DNA from: Nemertoderma westbladi
Taxonomy: Eukaryota; Animalia; Xenacoelomorpha
Assembly: GCA_032718475.1 (NCBI GenBank)
Contig: JAUCBJ010004961.1
Coordinates: 1 to 64,000 of the forward strand
DNA: 64,000 nucleotides
Direction: 5' to 3'
The notes beneath the pieces are model-generated. The model saw nothing but the letters and a program-made list of their open reading frames with translations, did no database searches and was not told the origin of the DNA. A program made the translations under genes and the position numbers. Positions 10,001 to 22,700 of this stretch are shown here, piece after piece (position 1 is the first letter of the stretch; every line of letters starts with the position of its first letter).

Positions 10001-13000
10001 GCAGAGCAAATGGAAAACTAATTTCCCCACCCACGGTCTAAGGCACAGAGCAAATGGAAAACTCATTTCCCCACCCACGGTCTAAGGCACAGAGCAAATG
10101 GAAAACTCATTTCCCCACCCACGGTGTAAGCCGCAGAGCAAATGGAAAACTCATTTCCCCACCCACGGTGTAAGCCGCAGAGCAAATGGAAAACTCATTT
10201 CCCCACCCACGGTGTAAGGCACAGAGCAAATGGAAAACTCATTTCCCCACCCACGGTGTAAGCCGCAGAGCAAATGGAAAACTCATTTCCCCACCCACGG
10301 TGTAAGCCGCAGAGCAAATGGAAAACTCATTTCCCCACCCACGGTCTAAGGCACAGAGCAAATGGAAAACTCATTTCCCCACCCACGGTGTAAGCCGCAG
10401 AGCAAATGGAAAACTCATTTCCCCACCCACGGTGTAAGCCGCAGAGCAAATGGAAAACTAATTTCCCCACCCACGGTGTAGGCCGCAGAGCAAATGGAAA
10501 ACTAATTTCCCCACCCACGGTGTAAGGCACAGAGCAAATGGAAAACTAATTTCCCCACCCACGGTCTAAGGCACAGAGCAAATGGAAAACTCATTTCCCA
10601 CCCACGGTGTAAGGCACAGAGCAAATGGAAAACTAATTTCCCCACCCACGGTGTAAGCCGCAGAGCAAATGGAAAACTCATTTCCCCACCCACGGTGTAA
10701 GGCACAGAGCAAATGGAAAACTCATTTCCCCACCCACGGTGTAAGGCACAGAGCAAATAGAAAACTAATTTCCCCACCCACGGTCTAAGGCACAGAGCAA
10801 ATAGAAAACTCATTTCCCCACCCACGGTCTAAGGCACAGAGCAAATGGAAAACTCATTTCCCCACCCACGGTGTAAGGCACAGAGCAAATGGAAAACTCA
10901 TTTCCCCACCCACGGTGTAAGGCACAGAGCAAATGGAAAACTCATTTCCCCACCCACGGTCTAAGGCACAGAGCAAATGGAAAACTCATTTCCCCACCCA
11001 CGGTGTAAGGCACAGAGCAAATGGAAAACTCATTTCCCCACCCACGGTGTAAGGCACAGAGCAAATGGAAAACTCATTTCCCCACCCACGGTGTAAGCCG
11101 CAGAGCAAATGGAAAACTCATTTCCCCACCCACGGTCTAAGGCACAGAGCAAATGGAAAACTCATTTCCCCACCCACGGTCTAAGGCACAGAGCAAATGG
11201 AAAACTCATTTCCCCACCCACGGTGTAAGGCACAGAGCAAAAGGAAAACTCATTTCCCCACCCACGGTGTAAGGCACAGAGCAAATGGAAAACTCATTTC
11301 CCCACCCACGGTGTAAGCCGCAGAGCAAATGGAAAACTCATTTCCCCACCCACGGTGTAAGGCACAGAGCAAATGGAAAACTCATTTCCCCACCCACGGT
11401 GTAAGCCGCAGAGCAAATGGAAAACTCATTTCCCCACCCACGGTCTAAGGCACAGAGCAAATGGAAAACTCATTTCCCCACCCACGGTCTAAGGCACAGA
11501 GCAAATGGAAAACTCATTTCCCGACCCACGGTCTAAGGCACAGAGCAAATGGAAAACTAATTTCCCCACCCACGGTCTAAGGCACAGAGCAAATGGAAAA
11601 CTCATTTCCCCACCCACGGTCTAAGGCACAGAGCAAATGGAAAACTAATTTCCCCACCCACGGTGTAAGGCACAGAGCAAATGGAAAACTCATTTCCCCA
11701 CCCACGGTCTAAGGCACAGAGCAAATGGAAAACTCATTGCCCCACCCACGGTGTGAGGCACAGAGCAAATGGAAAACTCATTTCCCCACCCACGGTCTAA
11801 GGCACAGAGCAAATGGAAAACTCATTTCCCCACCCACGGTGTAAGGCACAGAGCAAAAGGAAAACTAATTTCCCCACCCACGGTCTAAGGCACAGAGCAA
11901 ATGGAAAACTAATTTCCCCACCCACGGTGTAAGGCAGAGAGCAAATGGAAAACTAATTTCCCCACCCACGGTGTAAGGCACAGAGCAAATGGAAAACTCA
12001 TTTCCCCACCCACGGTCTAAGGCACAGAGCAAATGGAAAACTAATTTCCCCACCCACGGTGTAAGGCACAGAGCAAATGGAAAACTCATTTCCCCACCCA
12101 CGGTCTAAGGCACAGAGCAAATGGAAAACTCATTTCCCCACCCACGGTGTAAGGCACAGAGCAAAAGGAAAACTAATTTCCCCACCCACGGTCTAAGGCA
12201 CAGAGCAAATGGAAAACTCATTTCCCCACCCACGGTGTAAGGCACAGAGCAAAAGGAAAACTAATTTCCCCACCCACGGTCTAAGGCACAGAGCAAATGG
12301 AAAACTAATTTCCCCACCCACGGTGTAAGGCACAGAGCAAATGGAAAACTCATTTCCCCACCCACGGTCTAAGGCACAGAGCAAATGGAAAACTCATTTC
12401 CCCACCCACGGTGTAAGGCACAGAGCAAATGGAAAACTAATTTCCCCACCCACGGTGTAAGGCACAGAGCAAATGGAAAACTCATTTCCCCACCCACGGT
12501 CTAAGGCACAGAGCAAATGGAAAACTCATTTCCCCACCCACGGTGTAAGGCACAGAGCAAATGGAAAACTAATTTCCCCACCCACGGTCTAAGGCACAGA
12601 GCAAATGGAAAACTAATTTCCCCACCCACGGTGTAAGGCACAGAGCAAATGGAAAACTCATTTCCCCACCCACGGTCTAAGGCACAGAGCAAATGGAAAA
12701 CTAATTTCCCCACCCACGGTGTAAGGCACAGAGCAAATGGAAAACTCATTTCCCCACCCACGGTCTAAGGCACAGAGCAAATGGAAAACTCATTTCCCCA
12801 CCCACGGTGTAAGGCACAGAGCAAAAGGAAAACTAATTTCCCCACCCACGGTCTAAGGCACAGAGCAAATGGAAAACTCATTTCCCCACCCACGGTGTAA
12901 GGCACAGAGCAAAAGGAAAACTAATTTCCCCACCCACGGTCTAAGGCACAGAGCAAATGGAAAACTAATTTCCCCACCCACGGTGTAAGGCACAGAGCAA

Positions 13001-13824
13001 ATGGAAAACTCATTTCCCCACCCACGGTCTAAGGCACAGAGCAAATGGAAAACTCATTTCCCCACCCACGGTGTAAGGCACAGAGCAAAAGGAAAACTAA
13101 TTTCCCCACCCACGGTCTAAGGCACAGAGCAAATGGAAAACTCATTTCCCCACCCACGGTGTAAGGCAGAGAGCAAATGGAAAACTCATTGCCCTACCCA
13201 CGGTCTAAGGCACAGAGCAAATGGAAAACTAATTTCCCCACCCACGGTGTAAGGCACAGAGCAAATGGAAAACTCATTTCCCCACCCACGGTGTAAGGCA
13301 CAGAGCAAATGGAAAACTAATTTCCCCACCCACGGTGTAAGGCACAGAGCAAATGGAAAACTCATTTCCCCACCGACGGTGTAAGGCACAGAGCAAATGG
13401 AAAACTCATTTCCCCACCCACGGTGTAAGGCAGAGAGCAAATGGAAAACTCATTGCCCTACCCACGGTCTAAGGCACAGAGCAAATGGAAAACTAATTTC
13501 CCCACCCACGGTGTAAGGCACAGAGCAAATGGAAAACTCATTTCCCCACCGACGGTGTAAGGCACAGAGCAAATGGAAAACTCATTTCCCCACCCACGGT
13601 GTAAGGCACAGAGCAAATGGAAAACTCATTTCCCCACCCACGGTGTAAGGCAGAGAGCAAATGGAAAACTCATTGCCCTACCCACGGTCTAAGGCACAGA
13701 GCAAATGGAAAACTAATTTCCCCACCCACGGTGTAAGGCACAGAGCAAATGGAAAACTCATTTCCCCACCGACGGTGTAAGGCACAGAGCAAATGGAAAA
13801 CTCATTTCCCCACCCACGGTGTAA
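7031..13824. repeat. 44-bp satellite array, segment 1 (~154 monomers)
   Basis: Head-to-tail monomers CCCACGGTGTAAGGCACAGAGCAAATGGAAAACTCATTTCCCCA (50% GC), typically 0-3 substitutions each, with occasional 43-bp units. Confidence 0.99.
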
Positions 13825-13855
13825 TAGTGTTGAGAACTGAATCAATTTTGACTAA

Positions 13856-14003
13856 TTTCAGTTACAGTTACAGTTTCAGTATTCAAAGTTTTGCATTTCA
13901 GTTACAGTTACAGTTTCAGTATTACAAAGTGTAACATTTCAGTTACAGTTACAGTTTCAGTATTACAAAATTGAGCATTTCAGTTTCAGTTACAGTTTCA
14001 GTT
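13856..14003 (+). repeat. Left subterminal (CAGTTA/CAGTTT)n clusters of the hAT element, four ~41-bp units
   Basis: TTTCAGTTWCAGTTACAGTTTCAGT starts at 13856, 13896, 13937 and 13978. Confidence 0.9.
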
Positions 14004-14904
14004 ATAGATTCAATATATATGATCTCATGTAGTAAGCAGTCATCTGAAACTAAAAATGAGGCACTTTAATATATTACTGTTATATACGCTAATAATAATG
14101 TTCATTACGAAACGTCCTCTTTCTAGAGCTAATAGGTAGTTGTTGTAGGAAAGTTGGACCCACGCTATGGTAATATTTTGTAACTAATATATTGATAGTA
14201 TGTAATGAAAGTGGCACGTCACAAGATCACACTAAAGGCACCCACATTTTACTGTACATCTTGTTTCAGTTCTTGTACACTTATTGTTATCATTTATTGT
14301 TTTGGTTATAAAGCCATGCTTCTGAATCCTGCTCATTTTCCTTAATTCGTAATTTGTTTTAGTAATCATATATTTATTGTTTTGGATAGACCCACCTCGA
14401 TAAGCTGCTCCTTTCACTTTTAAGTTTAATTTTGTTTTTATAATGGTAAATAAACTTGATCAAAATTTAATTTCCAGTGTGCCTCTAGTGTGATTGTGAT
14501 ATTAATAGTACCGGTAAAAACATTAATAATTAATAATGTAAAATATATATCCGTTAATATCCCTCTACCATTAAGCCTAACTTTTCTTTGTTTATCTAAA
14601 ACATTTACATTTAATATGAAGCAAAAGTGGTGATAAGGTCTGATAATAGTCTAATAGTTGAGACAGATAAACATAGACTATATGCTAGATCTTCGTTCAC
14701 TACTTGACTCTCCAAATAAATCACATTTGAGCTAAGTGGGCAATGGGTCTTTGATTTTATATTGTGTAATATTATGGTTTTGTTCAGAAGTGGAAAAAAC
14801 GAGATTGTTTTTTTTATAACAATGTTTTAAAAATGATACCTATGGTAACCACTGTTATTCATTTATTAAACTATACTCTATACTTTATTACAATACTGTT
14901 TTAA

Positions 14905-16545
14905 CACTAATACGTACATGTGTGCTACATTTTGTAGTCCGAAATGTTTCAGCATCAAGTTTGTTAAAGAAATTTTGGAATTAATACTCCAGGCGCCATC
15001 TATCCCTAGATTAAGGCATTAATTATATGCTTAAACATTCCTATGACCATAAATGTCTATTTATACACCACTGAGAATAGAAAACCTCCAAAGGTACATG
15101 TCAACTACAAAATGTAGTCTTGAGTTCTCCATATAATCACATATAAAATTGTTGTTCTAGAGTGAGGGGTTGTGTTCAATATGATGCAGAAACAGGTTAT
15201 ATACAGTCAGTAAAGTAATATTGATGTTTTAGGTAAGAGCTACACATTCATGCTACACAACAACACTCAATAGCTAATTCTGAGGCCCCTGCCCATCTGA
15301 AAAATTATCTTATTGGCGATTTTCCCAACCATAAATTTAATCAAAGTCAATTTTGATTGGGTCTTTACATTATTACATTGTAAATTACAATACAATACAT
15401 GCAATACGAATTATTACTTGACAAAACGAAATCATATGTCAGTCAGTAAGTCTGCAACATCATTGTGTAGGTTGTACGTTTTATTATTTTATTTCTATAT
15501 GTACGTACCCACCCGGTTTCCGTAAATGTCCAGAGTTTGGCGTAGTTCTGTAGTTTAGAACATCATATAATATTTGGTGAAGATGTTCATGATGGCAGTG
15601 AAGGTTCATCTGATGAAGCAAGTGAAGGGGAAGAAAATATTAGGCTTATTGAGGAAAGTGAAAATGACTGTGATTCAAACATTGATAATATTTCAGGTTT
15701 ATTGAGTGATAGTGATTTTGAACTTGAGATCGAGAGCAGCTGTAGTGGTGGTAGTGATAGCAGGATAGTGAGTCTGATTCAGGAGAATCTATATCCACAT
15801 TACACATTACCAGGCACAAATGAAAATATCATTTTAGCACGTTCTGGTGATGAGTATGTTGAATCAGAACGGATAGATATTGTCAGAGTTGTACCTAGAG
15901 TTTTACAAAACCCAATAACCGAACTTGATAGTGAGCCTGGCTGTACTGATAATGGCAGGAGTATATAAAAGTGCACATCAAAACATTCAAGAGCTCTGGC
16001 ATCCGATTCATGGACCACCATTCTTTAAAGCTACTCTTGGCTTTCAACTATTCAAATTTCTAATTCGCTGTCTACGATTTGATAATATTCTTACAAGAAT
16101 TGTGAATTAACAGTCATTTATTGTTTTGGTTAGAATAATTACCGGTAGTCACTGTAACCTGCTCCTTTCTCCTAAAATATCAGGAACTAACGATATGGAT
16201 GGGCTGTGCCAGTTTTGTTAGGGGATCTCTAATATCTTCTGTATGTTTAAAGTAGTCTATTTGGGAGAAATATGTGATAAATCACCCTGATCATGATCTG
16301 CAGATCTGAAAACAACATTGTGTTCAGTTCAGGATGACAGTCTGCAGTCTGGCTGCCTGGTTAGACAGTTAAATAAATGCAAATTTAATTTAGTTTTAAT
16401 TTAGTTTTACAGCTCAAATTAACCATTTAGGCTGATAGGCCTAGGCCTATTGAAATTACTTAGTAAATGCAATTGACATACATGACTACAAATTGTAGCA
16501 CACATGTACCATTTAGTAAAGACCACAAGTCTGTACCGATTAGTG
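14905..16545 (+). mobile_element. Internally deleted piggyBac transposon (1641 bp) nested in the hAT element
   Basis: TTAA TSDs at 14901-14904 and 16546-16549. TIRs CACTAATACGTAC and GTACCGATTAGTG (11/13). Subterminal inverted repeat GTACATGTGTGCTACATTTTGTAGTC (14914-14939) vs 16484-16509 (25/26), with asymmetric spacing from the ends. A third related copy lies at 15094-15119. A transposase remnant is inside. Confidence 0.93.
15526..16110 (+). pseudogene. piggyBac (PGBD4-like, DDE_Tnp_1_7) transposase remnant, N-terminal part only, frameshifted
   Basis: Acidic Ser/Asp/Glu-rich frame 15546-15968 (DGSEGSSDEASEGEE...SDSDFELE) is typical of piggyBac N-termini. An overlapping frame gives LIMAGVYKS..ELWHPIHGPPFFKATL..FKFLIRCLRFDN..TR, matching the conserved GVYKS/LW/F.ATM/LRFDD block. 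The catalytic DDD core and C-terminal Cys-rich domain are not seen. Possible original ATG at 15526, out of frame. Confidence 0.85.
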
Positions 16546-16599
16546 TTAAATGCTTATTCATGTTAATTGTGTGATTGAGAACTGAATCGGATTTTGTTA

Positions 16600-16762
16600 A
16601 TTTCAGTTTCAGTTTCAGTTACAGTATTCAAAATACGTAATTACAGTTTCAGTTACAGTATTCAAAGTTCGCAATTACAGTTACAGTTATAGTTACAGTA
16701 TCAAAAAAATCATCAAAACCATTCAGTTACAGTTGCAGTTACAGTAAAATTACAGTTACAGT
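16600..16762 (+). repeat. Right subterminal (CAGTTA/CAGTTT)n clusters of the hAT element
   Basis: Multiple CAGTTW hexamers in the same orientation as the left cluster. Confidence 0.9.
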
Positions 16763-16773
16763 TCTCAACACTA

Positions 16774-19700
16774 CGGTGTAAGGCACAGAGCAAATGGAAA
16801 ACTCATTTCCCCACCCACGGTGTAAGGCACAGAGCAAATGGAAAACTCATTTCCCCACCCACGGTGTAAGGCACAGAGCAAATGGAAAACTCATTTCCCC
16901 ACCCACGGTGTAAGGCACAGAGCAAATGGAAAACTAATTTCCCCACCCACGGTGTAAGGCACAGAGCAAAAGGAAAACTAATTTCCCCACCCACGGTCTA
17001 AGGCACAGAGCAAATGGAAAACTAATTTCCCCACCCACGGTGTAAGGCAGAGAGCAAATGGAAAACTAATTTCCCCACCCACGGTGTAAGGCACAGAGCA
17101 AATGGAAAACTAATTTCCCCACCCACGGTGTAAGGCACAGAGCAAATGGAAAACTAATTTCCCCACCCACGGTGTAAGGCGCAGAGCAAATGGAAAACTC
17201 ATTTCCCCACCCACGGTGTAAGGCACAGAGCAAATGGAAAACTCATTTCCCCACCCACGGTGTAAGGCGCAGAGCAAATGGAAAACTCATTTCCCCACCC
17301 ACGGTGTAAGGCACAGAGCAAATGGAAAACTCATTTCCCCACCCACGGTGTGAGGCACAGAGCAAATGGAAAACTCATTGCCCCACCCACGGTGTGAGGC
17401 ACAGAGCAAATGGAAAACTAATTTACCCACCCACGGTGTAAGGCACAGAGCAAATGGAAAACTCATTGCCCCACCCACGGTGTAAGGCACAGAGCAAATG
17501 GAAAACTCATTGCCCCACCCACGGTGTGAGGCACAGAGCAAATGGAAAACTCATTGCCCCACCCACGGTGTGAGGCACAGAGCAAATGGAAAACTCATTG
17601 CCCCACCCACGGTGTGAGGCACAGAGCAAATGGAAAACTCATTGCCCCACCCACGGTGTGAGGCACAGAGCAAATGGAAAACTCATTTCCCCACCCACGG
17701 TGTAAGGCACAGAGCAAATGGAAAACTCATTTCACCACCCACGGTGTAAGGCACAGAGCAAATGGAAAACTCATTTCACCACCCACGGTGTAAGGCACAG
17801 AGCAAATGGAAAACTAATTTACCCACCCACGGTGTAAGGCACAGAGCAAATGGAAAACTCATTTCCCCACCCACGGTGTAAGGCACAGAGCAAATGGAAA
17901 ACTCATTGCCCCACCCACGGTGTGAGGCACAGAGCAAATGGAAAACTCATTTCCCCACCCACGGTGTAAGGCACAGAGCAAATGGAAAACTCATTTCACC
18001 ACCCACGGTGTAAGGCACAGAGCAAATGGAAAACTAATTTACCCACCCACGGTCTAAGGCGCAGAAGCAAATGGAAAACTCATTTCCCACCCACGGTGTA
18101 AGGCAGAGAGCAAATGGAAAACTCATTGCCCCACCCACGGTGTGAGGCACAGAGCAAATGGAAAACTCATTTCCCCACCCACGGTGTAAGGCACAGAGCA
18201 AATGGAAAACTCATTTCCCCACCCACGGTGTAAGGCACAGAGCAAATGGAAAACTCATTTCACCACCCACGGTGTAAGGCGCAGAGCAAAAGGAAAACTC
18301 ATTTCCCCACCCACGGTGTAAGGCAGAGAGCAAATGGAAAACTCATTTCCCCACCCACGGTGTAAGGCACAGAGCAAATGGAAAACTCATTTCCCCACCC
18401 ACGGTCTAAGGCACAGAGCAAATGGAAAACTAATTTCCCCACCCACGGTGTAAGGCACAGAGCAAATGGAAAACTCATTGCCCCACCCACGGTGTGAGGC
18501 ACAGAGCAAATGGAAAACTCATTTCCCCACCCACGGTGTAAGGCACAGAGCAAATGGAAAACTCATTTCCCCACCCACGGTGTAAGGCGCAGAGCAAATG
18601 GAAAACTCATTTCCCCACCCACGGTGTAAGGCACAGAGCAAATAGAAAACTAATTTCCCCACCCACGGTGTAAGCCGCAGAGCAAATGGAAAACTCATTT
18701 CCCCACCCACGGTGTAAGGCACAGAGCAAATAGAAAACTAATTTCCCCACCCACGGTGTAAGGCACAGAGCAAATGGAAAACTCATTTCCCCACCCACGG
18801 TGTAAGGCACAGAGCAAATGGAAAACTCATTTCACCACCCACGGTGTAAGGCACAGAGCAAATGGAAAACTCATTTCACCACCCACGGTGTAAGCCGCAG
18901 AGCAAATAGAAAACTCATTTCCCCACCCACGGTGTAAGCCGCAGAGCAAATGGAAAACTCATTTCACCACCCACGGTGTAAGGCACAGAGCAAATGGAAA
19001 ACTCATTTCACCACCCACGGTGTAAGGCACAGAGCAAATGGAAAACTCATTTCACCACCCACGGTGTAAGCCGCAGAGCAAATGGAAAACTCATTTCCCC
19101 ACCCACGGTGTAAGGCACAGAGCAAATGGAAAACTAATTTCCCCACCCACGGTGTAAGGCACAGAGCAAATGGAAAACTCATTGCCCCACCCATGGTGTA
19201 AGGCACAGAGCAAATGGAAAACTCATTTCCCGACCCACGGTGTAAGGCACAGAGCAAATGGAAAACTAATTTCCCCACCCACGGTGTAAGGCACAGAGCA
19301 AATAGAAAACTCATTTCCCCACCCACGGTGTAAGGCGCAGAGCAAATGGAAAACTCATTTCCCCACCCACGGTCTAAGGCACAGAGCAAATGGAAAACTC
19401 ATTTCCCCACCCACGGTGTAAGGCACAGAGCAAATGGAAAACTAATTTCCCCACCCACGGTGTAAGGCACAGAGCAAATGGAAAACTCATTGCCCCACCC
19501 ATGGTGTAAGGCACAGAGCAAATGGAAAACTCATTTCCCGACCCACGGTGTAAGGCGCAGAGCAAATGGAAAACTAATTTCCCCACCCACGGTGTAAGGC
19601 ACAGAGCAAATGGAAAACTAATTTCCCCACCCACGGTCTAAGGCACAGAGCAAATAGAAAACTAATTTACCCACCCACGGTGTAAGGCACAGAGCAAATG

Positions 19701-22700
19701 GAAAACTCATTGCCCCACCCATGGTGTAAGGCACAGAGCAAATGGAAAACTAATTTCCCCACCCACGGTGTAAGGCGCAGAGCAAAAGGAAAACTCATTT
19801 CCCCACCCACGGTGTAAGGCACAGAGCAAATAGAAAACTAATTTCCCCACCCACGGTGTAAGGCGCAGAGCAAAAGGAAAACTCATTTCCCCACCCACGG
19901 TCTAAGGCACAGAGCAAATGGAAAACTCATTTCCCCACCCACGGTGTAAGGCACAGAGCAAATGGAAAACTCATTTCACCACCCACGGTGTAAGGCACAG
20001 AGCAAATAGAAAACTAATTTCCCCACCCACGGTCTAAGGCACAGAGCAAATGGAAAACTCATTTCCCCACCCACGGTGTAAGGCACAGAGCAAATGGAAA
20101 ACTCATTTCCCCACCCACGGTGTAAGGCACAGAGCAAATGGAAAACTAATTTCCCCACCCACGGTGTAAGGCACAGAGCAAATAGAAAACTAATTTCCCC
20201 ACCCACGGTGTAAGGCACAGAGCAAATGGAAAACTCATTTCCCCACCCACGGTGTAAGGCACAGAGCAAATGGAAAACTCATTTCCCCACCCACGGTGTA
20301 AGCCACAGAGCAAATGGAAAACTAATTTCCCCACCCACGGTGTAAGGCACAGAGCAAAAGGAAAACTCATTTCCCCACCCACGGTGTAAGGCACAGAGCA
20401 AATGGAAAACTCATTTCCCCACCCACGGTGTAAGGCACAGAGCAAATGGAAAACTCATTTCACCACCCACGGTGTAAGGCACAGAGCAAATGGAAAACTC
20501 ATTTCCCCACCCACGGTGTAAGGCACAGAGCAAATGGAAAACTAATTGCCCCACCCACGGTGTAAGGCACAGAGCAAATGGAAAACTCATTTCACCACCC
20601 ACGGTGTAAGGCACAGAGCAAATGGAAAACTCATTTCCCCACCCACGGTGTAAGGCACAGAGCAAATGGAAAACTCATTGCCCCACCCACGGTGTGAGGC
20701 ACAGAGCAAATGGAAAACTAATTTACCCACCCACGGTGTAAGGCACAGAGCAAATAGAAAACTAATTTCCCCACCCACGGTGTAAGGCACAGAGCAAATG
20801 GAAAACTCATTTCCCCACCCACGGTCTAAGACACAGAGCAAATGGAAAACTCATTTCCCCACCCACGGTGTGAGGCACAGAGCAAATAGAAAACTCATTT
20901 CCCGACCCACGGTGTAAGGCACAGAGCAAATGGAAAACTCATTTCCCCACCCACGGTGTAAGGCACAGAGCAAATGGAAAACTCATTTCACCACCCACGG
21001 TGTAAGGCACAGAGCAAATGGAAAACTCATTTCCCCACCCACGGTGTAAGGCACAGAGCAAATGGAAAACTCATTTCACCACCCACGGTGTAAGGCACAG
21101 AGCAAATGGAAAACTCATTGCCCTACCCACGGTGTAAGGCACAGAGCAAATGGAAAACTCATTTCCCCACCCACGGTGTAAGGCACAGAGCAAATGGAAA
21201 ACTCATTTCACCACCCACGGTGTAAGGCACAGAGCAAATGGAAAACTCATTGCCCTACCCACGGTGTAAGGCACAGAGCAAATGGAAAACTAATTTCCCC
21301 ACCCACGGTGTAAGGCACAGAGCAAATGGAAAACTCATTTCCCCACCCACGGTGTAAGGCACAGAGCAAATGGAAAACTCATTTCACCACCCACGGTGTA
21401 AGGCACAGAGCAAATGGAAAACTCATTGCCCTACCCACGGTGTAAGGCACAGAGCAAATGGAAAACTAATTTCCCCACCCACGGTGTAAGGCACAGAGCA
21501 AATGGAAAACTAATTTACCCACCCACGGTGTAAGGCACAGAGCAAATGGAAAACTCATTTCCCCACCCACGGTGTAAGGCACAGAGCAAATGGAAAACTC
21601 ATTTCCCCACCCACGGTGTAAGGCACAGAGCAAATGGAAAACTCATTTACCCACCCACGGTGTAAGGCACAGAGCAAATGGAAAACTCATTTCACCACCC
21701 ACGGTGTAAGGCACAGAGCAAATGGAAAACTCATTTCCCCACCCACGGTGTAAGGCACAGAGCAAATGGAAAACTCATTTCCCCACCCACGGTGTAAGGC
21801 ACAGAGCAAATGGAAAACTCATTTACCCACCCACGGTGTAAGGCACAGAGCAAATGGAAAACTAATTTCCCCACCCACGGTCTAAGGCACAGAGCAAATG
21901 GAAAACTCATTTCCCCACCCACGGTGTAAGGCACAGAGCAAATGGAAAACTCATTTCCCCACCCACGGTGTAAGGCACAGAGCAAATGGAAAACTCATTT
22001 CCCCACCCACGGTGTAAGGCACAGAGCAAATGGAAAACTCATTTACCCACCCACGGTGTAAGGCACAGAGCAAATGGAAAACTAATTTCCCCACCCACGG
22101 TCTAAGGCACAGAGCAAATGGAAAACTAATTTCCCCACCCACGGTCTAAGGCACAGAGCAAATGGAAAACTCATTGCCCTACCCACGGTGTAAGGCACAG
22201 AGCAAATGGAAAACTCATTTACCCACCCACGGTGTAAGGCACAGAGCAAATGGAAAACTCATTTCACCACCCACGGTGTAAGGCACAGAGCAAATGGAAA
22301 ACTCATTTCCCCACCCACGGTGTAAGGCACAGAGCAAATGGAAAACTCATTTCCCACCCACGGTGTAAGGCACAGAGCAAATGGAAAACTCATTTCCCAC
22401 CCACGGTGTAAGCCGCAGAGCAAATGGAAAACTCATTTCCCCACCCACGGTGTAAGGCACAGAGCAAATGGAAAACTCATTGCCCTACCCACGGTGTAAG
22501 GCACAGAGCAAATGGAAAACTCATTTCCCCACCCACGGTGTAAGGCACAGAGCAAATGGAAAACTCATTTCCCACCCACGGTGTAAGGCACAGAGCAAAT
22601 GGAAAACTCATTTCCCACCCACGGTGTAAGCCGCAGAGCAAATGGAAAACTCATTTCCCCACCCACGGTGTAAGGCAGAGAGCAAATGGAAAACTCATTT

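Larger units (their letters stand above)
13825..16773. mobile_element. Non-autonomous hAT-superfamily DNA transposon (2949 bp including nested piggyBac; ~1304 bp without)
   Basis: Perfect 15-bp TIRs TAGTGTTGAGAACTG (13825-13839) and CAGTTCTCAACACTA (16759-16773). Perfect 8-bp TSD CGGTGTAA (13817-13824, 16774-16781). Short TIR starting YAG, 8-bp TSD and subterminal repeats are hAT hallmarks. No hAT transposase is present. Confidence 0.88.
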
